Made by a program: the position numbers and the translations under genes. DNA of 64,000 nt, from contig OU015569.1 in the NCBI GenBank assembly GCA_907165135.1, positions 3,100,001-3,164,000 of the forward strand, written 5' to 3'. Positions 52,564-63,445 of the stretch are shown in pieces. Under the pieces are notes generated by a model. That model made no database searches. It was given only the letters and a program-made list of their open reading frames with translations, and had not been told where the DNA came from. The stretch comes from Oikopleura dioica. Its lineage: Eukaryota > Animalia > Chordata. Within the stretch, counting starts at the first letter, position 1. Every line of letters begins with the position of its first letter.

Positions 52564-54910
52564 ATGACAGAGAATATATCCAACTATGTGAGCGAGGGAG
52601 AAGATAGTACACTTTTGCTACTAAACAGCGATGAAAGCATACTTTCGCGGGCGCTTGTTTGCGTCCTCTCGACAGGAAAAGGTTTCCAACAAGTTAAATT
52701 TAAGCTCACTGTTATCTTATGTTAAATCTACACAGAACTACATGACATTTAGCCGTAAACCATGAATCAATGATAGACTATAATTGATAGTCCGTCGTAC
52801 TGAATTTAACAGAAAGTAATATCATGATGATATTATCATCAAGTTAAAAAAGAACATCTAAAAGAAGCGGGCAGAATAAACTACAATAACCTTTCGACCT
52901 AAAGTCGATGAGAATAAATAAAATCCAGATCAGCGCCAAAAAGAACCCCGAATGCTAATCCCAAAGTTATTATAAGTCGTATGATAATGAAGAAGGCTGG
53001 CCCGCAGCCTGCTTATTAACTTTGAATTAACCTTCAAAGGCCTACTTGTCGTCGCCTGTCTTGGTTGTGTGCTCAATACTATTGCATTTACGACGCTTAT
53101 CAGGTATAGTTTCCATTGCTGTATAAATTATCAATAAGCGAAGACATCCTGCGCGTGTAAAAAGAAGAACCTCGGAGATATATTTGATCCACATCTCACT
53201 GAATGACTGGCTCTTTAGTCTTGGACTTTTTCCACAGGTGCGCAAGGGAAAGAGCGAAATTCTTGTGAAATCAAAGCTCTTTAGGCTTTTGCAATGATCG
53301 CTAAATTTGATCTTGGAGATACTGGCTGCAAAATTGTTCTTGGAATGACAAACATCAACCTAACTGCTTCAGTTTTATTCGTCACAGGAAGAGTTTCATG
53401 CTCAGTTTATGGCATTAGTAAAATAAACAAGCACTTTTTGCAACTCAACATAAGTGATGACGATAGATCGATATTTAGCAGTACTTTACGGGCCCCAAAA
53501 GACATCTTTTCGCAAGTGGCGAGCAAAGTCTTCCGTTCAACTACAGGTCTCATTTTCAAGTGATCAAGTAAAGTCCGCAATCTCAAATTCAGGCCTGCTG
53601 TATTTGGATCGTCTCGGGTATTTTGTCCCTGCCCGTTTGGCTGTACTCCGTGGGACGGCTGCATTCAACAGACGATGGACACTTTTCGGAACACCCGCTT
53701 TGCGGCTTCAAATAGTAAGAATAGCAGAGACTAGTGTTTGTGTTTATTTATAACTTAATTGTTCAGCACCTCGCACGCTGTGGCATTGTTCCATTGTATA
53801 ATGCGCCTGCTATGTTGCTGGCTAATCCCCTCTTTCATCATTCTAGCCTCCAACATCGGTCTTCTATGTTTCCTACGCAGACGGCCAGGGGTCGCCTCAA
53901 AGAACGCACTCAACAGGGGTTTACTCCCCATGTGAAATGTACCACTAACCGGGCAATTCTGTTAGTAATCTCGATTTAAAGTAAAACGTAAATCTGCGCT
54001 ACGAATCCCTCGCCATTGCAACACAACTAGAATCGTCTCAACTGGCCGCCGCATTCTCACTAAGATCAGTGCATTCGTGACAGTCATCGTTCTAATCTGC
54101 TGGATGCCGGACCAGATTCTTTCCTTCTATGTCGGAGTCGCTCATGAAATAGGCAAAGTTCATCACCTTATACTAATAATAACTAAATACTAACTATAGA
54201 GAGTCCAATCAACTACTATCGGTGGCAAAATGACCACAAGTATCGACTAGTAATAGCTTGGTACTGATTAACCAGAAAGCAATTTCACCCAAGAGATTGA
54301 TTTTTGAACTCTTTGAAGAAAATGAAGACCCTGAACATATTCCGCACTCGCTCCCACTGGCTATCCTCATCACCAAATACGTGTTCAAAGGAATGTGATA
54401 TAAATAAAATTATTTTTTTTCTATAAACATAAGTAACAAAAATTATATCGAATACTAGTGCTTCTATACTGCACGGCTGTGATAAACCCGATAATTTATT
54501 GCTTCATGATCCGGTCATTTCAGGTGATTGAAGCTTTCAAAAAAATTTTTTTTGGATTAAAAAATCAATCAGACTCGCCTCCATCGAGTAATGAAGTCCA
54601 GAAACCACCGAGCGAAGCAGATGCTCATCGAGCGCAGAGTGATTCTCTCATCCTTCATGGGTATTTTCAAAACAATCACAGCACAGTTTCATAAAACGGA
54701 AAATTTCAGAAACGAGTCTCGCGCCCGTGTCCTGCACTGCTACCTGCCACTACATTCGACAGCACCAAAGTGAAATTTCAATTCCGTTCATAAGTCACAA
54801 CTAGAAAAGACAACTTCGAAGAAAATGAGTCCCTCTCTTCACTGTGCCTTTATTGTATTATAGAAAGAACGGACAAGCCAACAGTTTCGCGTATGAAAAT
54901 ACAGTCGTAG
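52564..54910 (+). CDS. Rhodopsin-family peptide GPCR
   Basis: GCVLN (TM1), ISLND (TM2), MTIDRY, ICWMP, INPIIY. Confidence 0.88.
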
Positions 54911-54933
54911 AATCTTTAAAAAGATAGGTAGAT

Positions 54934-56803
54934 TCAAAAGAGTCGATTCAATATCTCGTGATCCTCTTTTTCCTCGAGAAATATGCTTTTCAAGGCAGCC
55001 TAGAAAAAAAGATTCAAGCTAAAGTTTCTCTAGATTTTAAAGCAGTACCTGTTCTTTCAGAAGCGAGGCCTTGATTCTCAATTTGTTATTTGTGTTGAGC
55101 AGGAATTTCACGGTTTCCAGAAGCTCAGGACCAACGATCTGAATTATTCAATGCGATGGAAAATAATTATAATCCGCACGTGTGCTTACACTCGGGTCGA
55201 CAGCTAAGCTGCCGTTTTTCACATTTTCCGCTACATTCAGGCCGTACGGTTGGAGCCCAGTGAATACATACAGGAAAAGGCATCCCACCAAAAACATGTC
55301 AGAGGATTTATCAGCATTCTGAGGCTAGGGGATATCTCAACTTGGATGAAGCTGCACAATATGATTCTCAACAAGTCACTCTCCTAGACTGTCCTTGGAA
55401 CTTCCGTTGACTATTTCCGGCACAGGCCATTCATCGTTTGCACCACGGGAAAAGAGCCTTTCTAGGCCGTAGTCACTGAGTTGAATTTTGAACTCGCCAG
55501 GAGTGTGAGTGGATTTGTACAGCACATTTGACGGGCGTAAGTTACCATGCGTCAGGCCTTGCCCATGAAGATAGGCGATACCGGAGGAGATCTGTTGGCA
55601 GACTTCGAGGCGTGCTGTATCGGAATCATTGTATTCGCTGGATACCCAATCCGTAAGATTTCCATCGTACCACTCGGTTGCCACGAAGATTGATAGCCCT
55701 TCTGTCCAAGAATCAAGAATTGGTGACACATAAATATGATCTGAGCGGATAAAGATACCAGCTTGTGCTGATCAGTGTTTGAAAAAATGGTCAAAGCTCT
55801 TGTGAGTGAGCGAGCGCGAGCAGACACTCTTCAATTTTTTTCTTAAGTGAGTGAGCGTGAGCGCAGACCCGAAATATTTTTAATGAGTGAGCGAGCAAGA
55901 GCGCTCGCTCGCTCGCTCGCGCTCGCTCGCAGCTTTTCGGGGGCCTTTCTAGCGAGAATTTCCTTGAGAATTATCATAATTGTAATTTTTAACGCATAAT
56001 TTAATATAGAAAGACAATGACGGGCATTATAACGCGATTAAAAGAGAAATTTCTCAAATATCGTAATACTCTGTCTCCAGGGTGTATTAATTAATAATGA
56101 CTGTTGGCAAGCGCGAGTGAGCGGGAGCGGCGGCCCGGAATTTTATGGTGAGCGAGTGAGCATGAGCGCTCGCTCACTCGCTCGCGCTCGCTCGTGGCTC
56201 GCGCTCACCATTTTTTCAAACTCTGGTGCTGATTTAGATTCTTGATGTCTAGTTTTTATGGAAAGTTTGTATCCAGGCCTAAGTTTTTAGAAAGAAGACG
56301 TTGAATACCGTGTTGAACTACAGTAACATCGGCGTCGTCTCGGAGCTTATATTTCTTATACTTCGGGTAGAAAGTCTGTCTGAAAATTTTGCCTGAAACG
56401 GTAGACTAGGAGATGCTATGTCTGACGAAAGGAAAGTAGTTTATACTGTATAATTTATACAGTATAAATTACACAGTAGTTCTAAATTATATACACTCTC
56501 AATCTCATATTTTCCATGACTGGTGAGCGCTACAGCTCCTCGAGTCAGGAGGTTTTGTAATAACAGTTTATATAAACGATATTGATCGAGGCTGGTTCTA
56601 ATTAGAATGTATTTGCAAATTTATGTTTATTTATGTGACTAACTAGAAGTTCCGATTGCATTAATCATAAATTCTTGACTACCCTCTTCCTTGACAGCTG
56701 TGCAAGTTCTACGCGGTCCCCTTGTCGTCTGATAAATTGCACCCCAGATGCCGGCCTTGAGAGGGTTCTTTGAAAGGTTGTCTCTATCTACGACGACTGC
56801 CAT
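54934..56803 (-). CDS. IRE1-like pseudokinase without KEN domain, interrupted by a MITE; 5' end uncertain
   Basis: DDADVTVVQH, RSDHIYV, QQISSGIAYLH, HGNLRPSNVL, IQLSDYGL, WPVPE, DMFLVGCLFLYVFTG.QPYG. Stop follows about 20 aa after the kinase fold. Confidence 0.7.
55773..56225. mobile_element. 453-bp hAT-like MITE (C) with 19-bp TIRs and 8-bp TSD
   Basis: cagtgtttgaaaaaatggt ... accattttttcaaactctg; TSD gtgctgat at 55765-55772 and 56226-56233; subterminal gagtgagcgagc repeats. Confidence 0.95.
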
Positions 56804-57057
56804 TTCAAGCAAAAAATTTAAATCAAAGTCTCATTCACCAAGTTGTTGAGATGCAAAGTGCAAACATTATTTAGATGGCCATTCTACACGAGTGGTTTTG
56901 ACAGCTCGTTGTGGGAATTCGAAAGTGGACACGCGACTTCGTAATGCTTCAAGGACATTTTTATAAAATCGTATTATATTTTGGAAAACGGGTCATGGGA
57001 AGTAAATAGCTCAGAAACATTCAAGGGCTTGGAAACAGTCAGGGAGTACAATTTGGC

Positions 57058-57243
57058 TCAGACACGAACCAAACGTTGCAAATTGCTTATTCTTATTCGT
57101 CTTCTGTATTCAGCAATGCTGATATCCCGAGCAGATGGCTTTTGGGGACCTTTGTGGTGGCGGATGAATGATGACTTTGCGAATGCGGATCGAGCATCGG
57201 CGACGGCGGAAAGAGCCAAGAAGAAGATGACAAGAACATTCAT
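57058..57243 (-). CDS. 61-aa secreted cationic peptide
   Basis: Signal MNVLVIFFLALSAVADA; mature 44 aa with 9 Arg + 3 Lys versus 2 acidic residues; TATA box upstream. Confidence 0.7.
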   Translation of the reverse strand: MNVLVIFFLALSAVADARSAFAKSSFIRHHKGPQKPSARDISIAEYRRRIRISNLQRLVRV

Positions 57244-57301
57244 TGCTTGGAGAATTGGGAGATTTTTGTTTAACTCTGAGATGGTCAGTCAATCGCCTCT
57301 G

Positions 57302-57307
57302 TTTATA
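57302..57307 (-). promoter_or_regulatory. TATA box of the secreted peptide gene
   Basis: TATAAA about 59 bp upstream of the ATG at 57243. Confidence 0.55.
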
Positions 57308-57922
57308 AATGACACAGAGGGAAGGACAAGCGACAGAGAGCGAAATAGAGGGAGTTAGAGATGTCGATTTTAGGAGGGATTTCGAGGGCGGACACTCCCC
57401 CTGTATCATGAATATCTTCTCCAGCGCGCGCTATGGAAAGTTTTTCAACAGGTCTCATTCATTGCTCGCCTATTTTTCTGCTCCCTGCATTAAGATTACT
57501 CGAAGACTTTTGCTTGATGATCAAGCCTTGATCGAGCTATTATTGCTCTGATAAAAGCTCTTTGATGGATGGTTTATATATATTTTGTTTATTATATTAG
57601 GAAAGAATACTGGTTTGAATTTTTTTTTGTGTTTTTTAGTCTTTTAAAGTTTTTGTGGGTTTTTTTGGTTTTTTAGAATGTAAGAATATCTCCTATGTCA
57701 CCTGATGGCCTTTTATGAGAATGAAAAAAGGACCATAGGTTTCAGTAGGAGATGGTTTTGGATTATAGCGGCAGTAAATGGAATGTGGAATAGTAAAGGA
57801 ATGTGAGAGGTACTGAGGGAAGGAATGTAAAGAAGATCTCGGTCGACAATGACCGAGAGGCACCATCTTTTTCAAATTGCTAATTCTGGGAGTTTTGGTT
57901 GTTGGCTGCAATGTTGACAATG

Positions 57923-58729
57923 TTAAGGTTGGCAACAGCGAGGGGAGCTTTCTTGCGGATTTTCATCTCCTCTCCTAAAATGGGAATCAGTGAATTTCAG
58001 TCGAGAAGATGACGAATTACCTTTCTTTTCGAAGCATCCTCGGCAAGCAGCGAGGTAAGTATCAGCTCCACCGATAAGCTCGAGTCGGTGGTCATTCTGC
58101 TGGATGCGCTTTGTGAAGGCAGCGTCGTCGCCGCAAATCATGCACACAGCACTGAGTTTGATAACTAAAATCCAACTAATGCGCTCGCTAACTAATCAAA
58201 TATCTTACCAGATTCAGCGAGTGGAACCAAGTCAGTGATCTTGTTGAATCCTTGGCGTCGATAATCGCCGTCGAGAGCAGCGATGATGACGATCTTGCCC
58301 TTTCCTGCCATGTCCTCGGCGAATTGGATGCAATCTGGGTAGAACTGTCCCTCGTCAATTCCAATGACTGAACAAAAGGTCGAAAACTCTATTCGTACGC
58401 ATTTAATTTTGTCTTACCGTCGACGTCGTCGAGATTTTTTCCACGAAGCGCTCCCAGATTCATAACAGAGAGCGCTTCTATTGTCCGTTGATCGTGTGTA
58501 GCCATGGCGCTATCATGGTACCGGGTATCCTTGAATTCATTTGAGTATAGGCTTAATAAATGCTTCTTACCCGGGCGTATTTGACAGCGAGGCATTTCTT
58601 GTTAGCATACTGATAACGAACGATACGCCGCATAAGCTCACTCGACTTTCCGGAGAACATAGGGCCAAAGATCAGCTGGATTTGACCATTTCTAGTGCGA
58701 GGAAGCGCGTTGCACAAGATGGTATCCAT
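57923..58729 (-). CDS. TK1: Thymidine kinase 1
   Basis: [54 protein letters not shown]. Confidence 0.97.
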
Positions 58730-59006
58730 GGTTCAAATGGAAAGATTCTAAAACCAAATTTGGTTAAATTATGAGGATTTACAGCTCAGGTTTATCAGTA
58801 AAATGGCAGGAACTTTGCAGGCAGTCGGAAATGGCAGGATTCGCAACTAAAAACTATTGTTAGATTACTCATTATTTATCGCATTCATTGAAATTGGTTC
58901 GAACCCGAATTGGCGGGGGATCTCGATGGCGCAGTTGATAAAGGATAAAAAATCAATGATCCGAATTGTGAAAAATTGCAAATCTGAGCTGGAAAAGTCT
59001 TAGAGA

Positions 59007-60893
59007 ATGCCGAAGATCAAACCTAATAGTGAAGCTGATGAGTACACCAAAAAAATGACCGAGTTTCTAAAAGAGAACCCTTATCCTTCTGATGCTCAAC
59101 TGAAGGACATTTCAGAGCGCATGGGTAAATCCAAGATGCAGATTTATATGTGGTTCGCGAATAACCGACGTAAACATGGCATAAATGTAAGTATTGAAAG
59201 TTTCAACTTGAAACAATGCCCTAACGGATTGTTCTGATAGAAGAAAAATAATGAACACTATGAAGAAATGAACGAGCTTTTCGTGAAAAATCCTTACCCG
59301 TCTGATAGTCAAATGAAAAAAATTGCAGAAAAATTGGGTAAATCAGAGGAACAAATTCAAACTTGGTTCGCCAATAATCGACATAAACATGGCATCCGCG
59401 TGAGTGCTCACAAATTCAAATTCCCTCTAACTAAGAAATAAATATAGAAAGAGTCGAAAACAGATGAGTACACTGAAAAAATGAACGAGTTATTTAAGAA
59501 GAACCCTTATCCATCAGCAAGCGAAGTCAAGAAAATTTCAAAAAAGATGGGTAAATCTGAGAAGCAGATTTATTCGTGGTTTAGTAACAATCGGCAGAAA
59601 CATGGCATCCGCGTAAGTATTGAAACATTTGAATTCCCTTTGACAGAATGACAAAGAAATCGAAAATCGAAAAAGACGAGTTCAATGAAAAAATGACTGA
59701 GCTACTTATGAAGAACCCTTATCCATCTGCAAGTGAAATGAAGAAAATTGCAAAAACAGTGAATAAATCACAGAAACAGATTTACATTTGGTTTGTCAAC
59801 AACCGCCATAAGCATTGCATTCATGTAAGGAAAAAACTACTTCAATTGCATCTAAGTAAAAGGCTTCAACTCATTGAAATAATAGAAGAAAACGATAAGT
59901 AACAAGAAGCTATTAAATGCCTGGCGAAAAAACAAACACCCGTCGCCTCGACTTTGTAAGCAGCTGGCTTCTGAAATCGGACGCTCCGAAAGATATGTTT
60001 CTTATTGGTTTTGGAAAAAACGCAGAGAGGTAAAAATTATTTCTATAATTTCAGTTGTATATACTTTCTGCTAAGGGAATGAATAATCCAAGTGAAACTA
60101 CTGATGAGGAGGAAGAGTTTACCGTGGGAATAAAAAAAGAACTACTCACGCCAGAAAAAAAAGTAATTTTTACCTTTATGAAGATTGTCGGAAAAATCCT
60201 AAGAATCGCCCATGACAACAAGAGAGAAAACGGAGATGGAGATTCTAGAAAGTCGATCTTCAAAATGGCGAGAATCTTCCTTGACGCTTCATCGAATATC
60301 ACTAAAACTAAATTTTAGGTGAGAGGCCTTCGAAAAGAGTCGAGTGAAAATTCATCCGAGGAGGATGACCTGAAACGAGAAAGAAAACCCCCCCTAAAGG
60401 AGCCTGAGCTCGAGACCCAAAACGTCTCCTCTGGGAAGAATGACGACTGGACGAGCGCACAGAACTTGGGCGGAGTAGCTAAGTCGTCAGATGACCTGGC
60501 TGACGTTGAGGAGGAAAATATCGCTCATGGTCGCTCAGGGACGGTAGAAAATTCCTTTAGACATGAGTCTACAACTTCGTACTCGAAGTATTACTTTTTC
60601 ACCAAAATATAAAGAAAAAGCAAAGGCTAAAAAAGGAGCAATGAAATATATAACTATTTCGGCGTTTAGTAAGAAACCAAATCGATAAAACCTGGCCTAA
60701 CTAAATCTTTTCAGCTGAATCTCAAGATGATGATGAAGAATTCAGCGACTCTGAGGACGAATACGAATTCATCTGCACCGAATTGACGAAAATAGAATTG
60801 CCGGACGACTTTACCCATCCCGTGCTATCTCCCTGTGGTGAGCACGTTTTAACTGTCACAGAACACGAGATAAAAGAAATGGAAAATAAATAA
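59007..60893 (+). CDS. Divergent five-homeodomain protein, one homeodomain per exon
   Basis: Four NPYPS...QI..WF.NNR.KH repeats plus a fifth, NKHPS...VSYWFWKKR; phase-0 introns at 59187, 59400, 59613, 59825 and 60030. Confidence 0.85.
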
Positions 60894-61252
60894 ATTAAGA
60901 GTTAATTACTATTATGATTTTTGAAGTTTCGTGCAGTTGCAATGCAGGAATTTAAAGGAAACACCTTCATAGCATCAGCTAAAATGTTAGTTCTACATAA
61001 TTTCATGCAGAAATAACTTGGAGACACTAAAATGTCACTGTTTGGTTATGTAGTTCCTAGGTTTAGCCTGGCCGTTTTACAAGTGGGGAAAGAGGCCGAT
61101 TATGAACGCCACCATGTTCTCAGCCTTGGCGTGTATGCGCGACCGTAGAGACAAACGAACGTGAAAAACCATAAGGTACATTTTTAATGGCTTTTTAAAT
61201 TTCCGATCATAAAATCGGGAGAGCGGAAATGGACTGGCATTTTTCGGGCCAG

Positions 61253-61288
61253 CCAATAGTAATCAGCCACTGAGCCCATCTACCCAAT
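61253..61288 (+). promoter_or_regulatory. Two CCAAT boxes 31 bp apart, upstream of the second homeobox gene
   Basis: agCCAATag and acCCAATca, about 150-180 bp before the ATG at 61434. Confidence 0.45.
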
Positions 61289-61433
61289 CAGCGGAACGCT
61301 ACTACCCCTAGCCTTGGGAATTCTTCGCTCCATAAAGCGAGGCTTTCCCGACAAATATTTGTTTTTAATTTGACAAAGAAAAAAACTATCAGCTTTTAAA
61401 AGATTCTTTGATCTTAGTTCAAAGACAATTTAG

Positions 61434-63445
61434 ATGGAAAATTCTACAGGGATCGGGAATGAACCGCTGCTGGTGGAGAAAAAAGTAAGTTGGCTTACCT
61501 GGATTGGCGATTATTCTTAAATTGAGAGAATTACCGATATCAATGAAAAATCATCGCGTAATCTAGAAATCGGAAAATTTTAAAAATGAGTTTTCCAATT
61601 CCGGTAACAGTCGATTGCCTCCATCAGAAAAAAATGTAACTTTCAGCGACAGTACTAATCAGTAGTTCGGATAGTGATTGAGCTTGAAAAGCTGCATTCT
61701 TCTGTTTCCAATTGCCATAAAACCAGATTTCGGCGAGAATCCTCCTTGACTTATCGTGTCCAGCTTTCGTTGTCCGGGGAAGTTTCGAATAACACTAAAA
61801 ATATGATTTTAGCGCGGGAAATGGAATAAAGTGTTCGATAAAGAAGACAAGGATTATCTAGAACGCGCATTCGCAGTCAACCCGTACCCATCAAAAGAAG
61901 ATGTCGAACATTTCACAAAAACGACTGAAAAAACTTGTGCGCAGATCCGAACTTGGTTCAGTTTCAGAAGACAGACCGAAAAGAAGGTGAATCCTGAATT
62001 TGCACAATTGAAAGAATCGAAGGTGAAGATGCATCCTGCTGAAATGTTCACTGAGGACGATTTCAATTTTTTGAAACGAGCCTTTGATGAGAATTCGTAT
62101 CCTTCCAAGGAGGATATCGACAGTTTCAGTAAGAAACTTGGCAAAAGTCATACACATATCGGTCAATGGTTCGGTAACAGAAGATATAAGGAAGAAAAAA
62201 AATTCAGCGATACCCAAAGAAAGCGACTGAACGAGGAGTTCCAAAGAAGTGACGGAAAGCCATCGATAGAGAGCACGTACAATCTTTCCATGGAACTAAA
62301 TTTGACCTGTTTGCAGATCTCTGACTGGCTAGGGTCGGCAACCCAACAAAAAAACTCTTGTTGGGTAGTGGTTTTTGTTTTGTTGGGTTTTTGTTCGTTT
62401 TTTTCTGTTGGGTTTTTGTTGGGTTAGGTTTTTGTTGGGTTACTTTTTGTTGGGTTTTGTTTGGTTTTTGTTTGGTAAATTTTTGATTTCGGCAAAATAT
62501 GACATGTCTTGAGAACAAATGATCCCGGATAATGAATACTTTTTAAATTCTTTGTTATTTCCCCATAATGAACCAAAAAAATGACCATGCAACTCATCAA
62601 AAACATAACAGAAAACACAACAATAACCCGAAAAAAAAACCAAACAAAAACCCTACAAGAAAATTTCTTGTTGGGTAGTGGTTTTTATTTTGTTTGGTTT
62701 TTGTTGGGTCATTTTTGTTGGGTTTTGTTGGGTATTTTTTGTTGGGTTGCCGACCCTAGCTGACTGGTTCAAGAGGAAGAATCGATCGTTAGCATTCAGA
62801 GCTGAGAAGATTGAGCAAAAAAAGCCGCTGTACATGGAGTACGAAAAAAGTGACGGGTATCCATCGAGAGAGAGCATCAACAGGCTCTGCGTGGAGTTAA
62901 ACTTAACGTTTAACCAAGTCTACGAGTGGTTCAATACGAGGAGAAAAAATACCAGGAGGCAAGAGGCAATCAGAGCTGTCCAGTTGGAAAAGCCGAGCTC
63001 TCGCCAAAACGATGCGAATGGCAGTGAAAAAAACATTGGAGTAGTTATCAAATCATCGGAAAATGCTCTTTACGCTCAAGGGACGGCGGAAATTTCCTTA
63101 AGACTTCAGTAAATTAGAATCTAATAGCTTTTTACTCTATCAATAGTGATTTTCCATGAAAAGATAAAAATTCAAAAGCTGCAGAAGGAAATCAAAGCCT
63201 TAAACAAGCCGTCAGAGATAGTGAAGGTAAATTTAATAATTTGATAGCTGAAAAAAATGATTAATTAAGCAGGCCAAGAAGATAAAGACAACAACGACTA
63301 CGAAAGCGACGATTCGGACTACGAAATAATCCAGACACGCTTAACACAAGTGACCTTCCACCCCGACTATAAACAAGTTTACAAAACACCCGAAGGAGAA
63401 TTTTTGCATGTTAAAGAACGCGATCTCGTTTTCGAAGATAAATAA
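61434..63445 (+). CDS. Divergent four-homeodomain protein, paralogue of 59007-60893; HD3 split by a MITE
   Basis: Exon 61434-61484 joins exon 61813 onward in phase 0; QIRTWFSFRR, IGQWFGNRR, QISDW|FKRK, QVYEWFNTRR. Confidence 0.8.

Noticed and set aside
55800-56210. gagc/gctc repeats as a microsatellite or viral ITR
   Set aside because: They are subterminal repeats of MITE C.
58890-58945. tRNA or permuted tRNA gene
   Set aside because: B-box present, but no convincing acceptor or anticodon stems.
62340-62760. ttttgttggg repeats as a CRISPR array or telomeric repeat, and the hydrophobic ORFs there
   Set aside because: Irregular subterminal repeats inside a TIR/TSD-bounded MITE; no spacers, and the context is eukaryotic.
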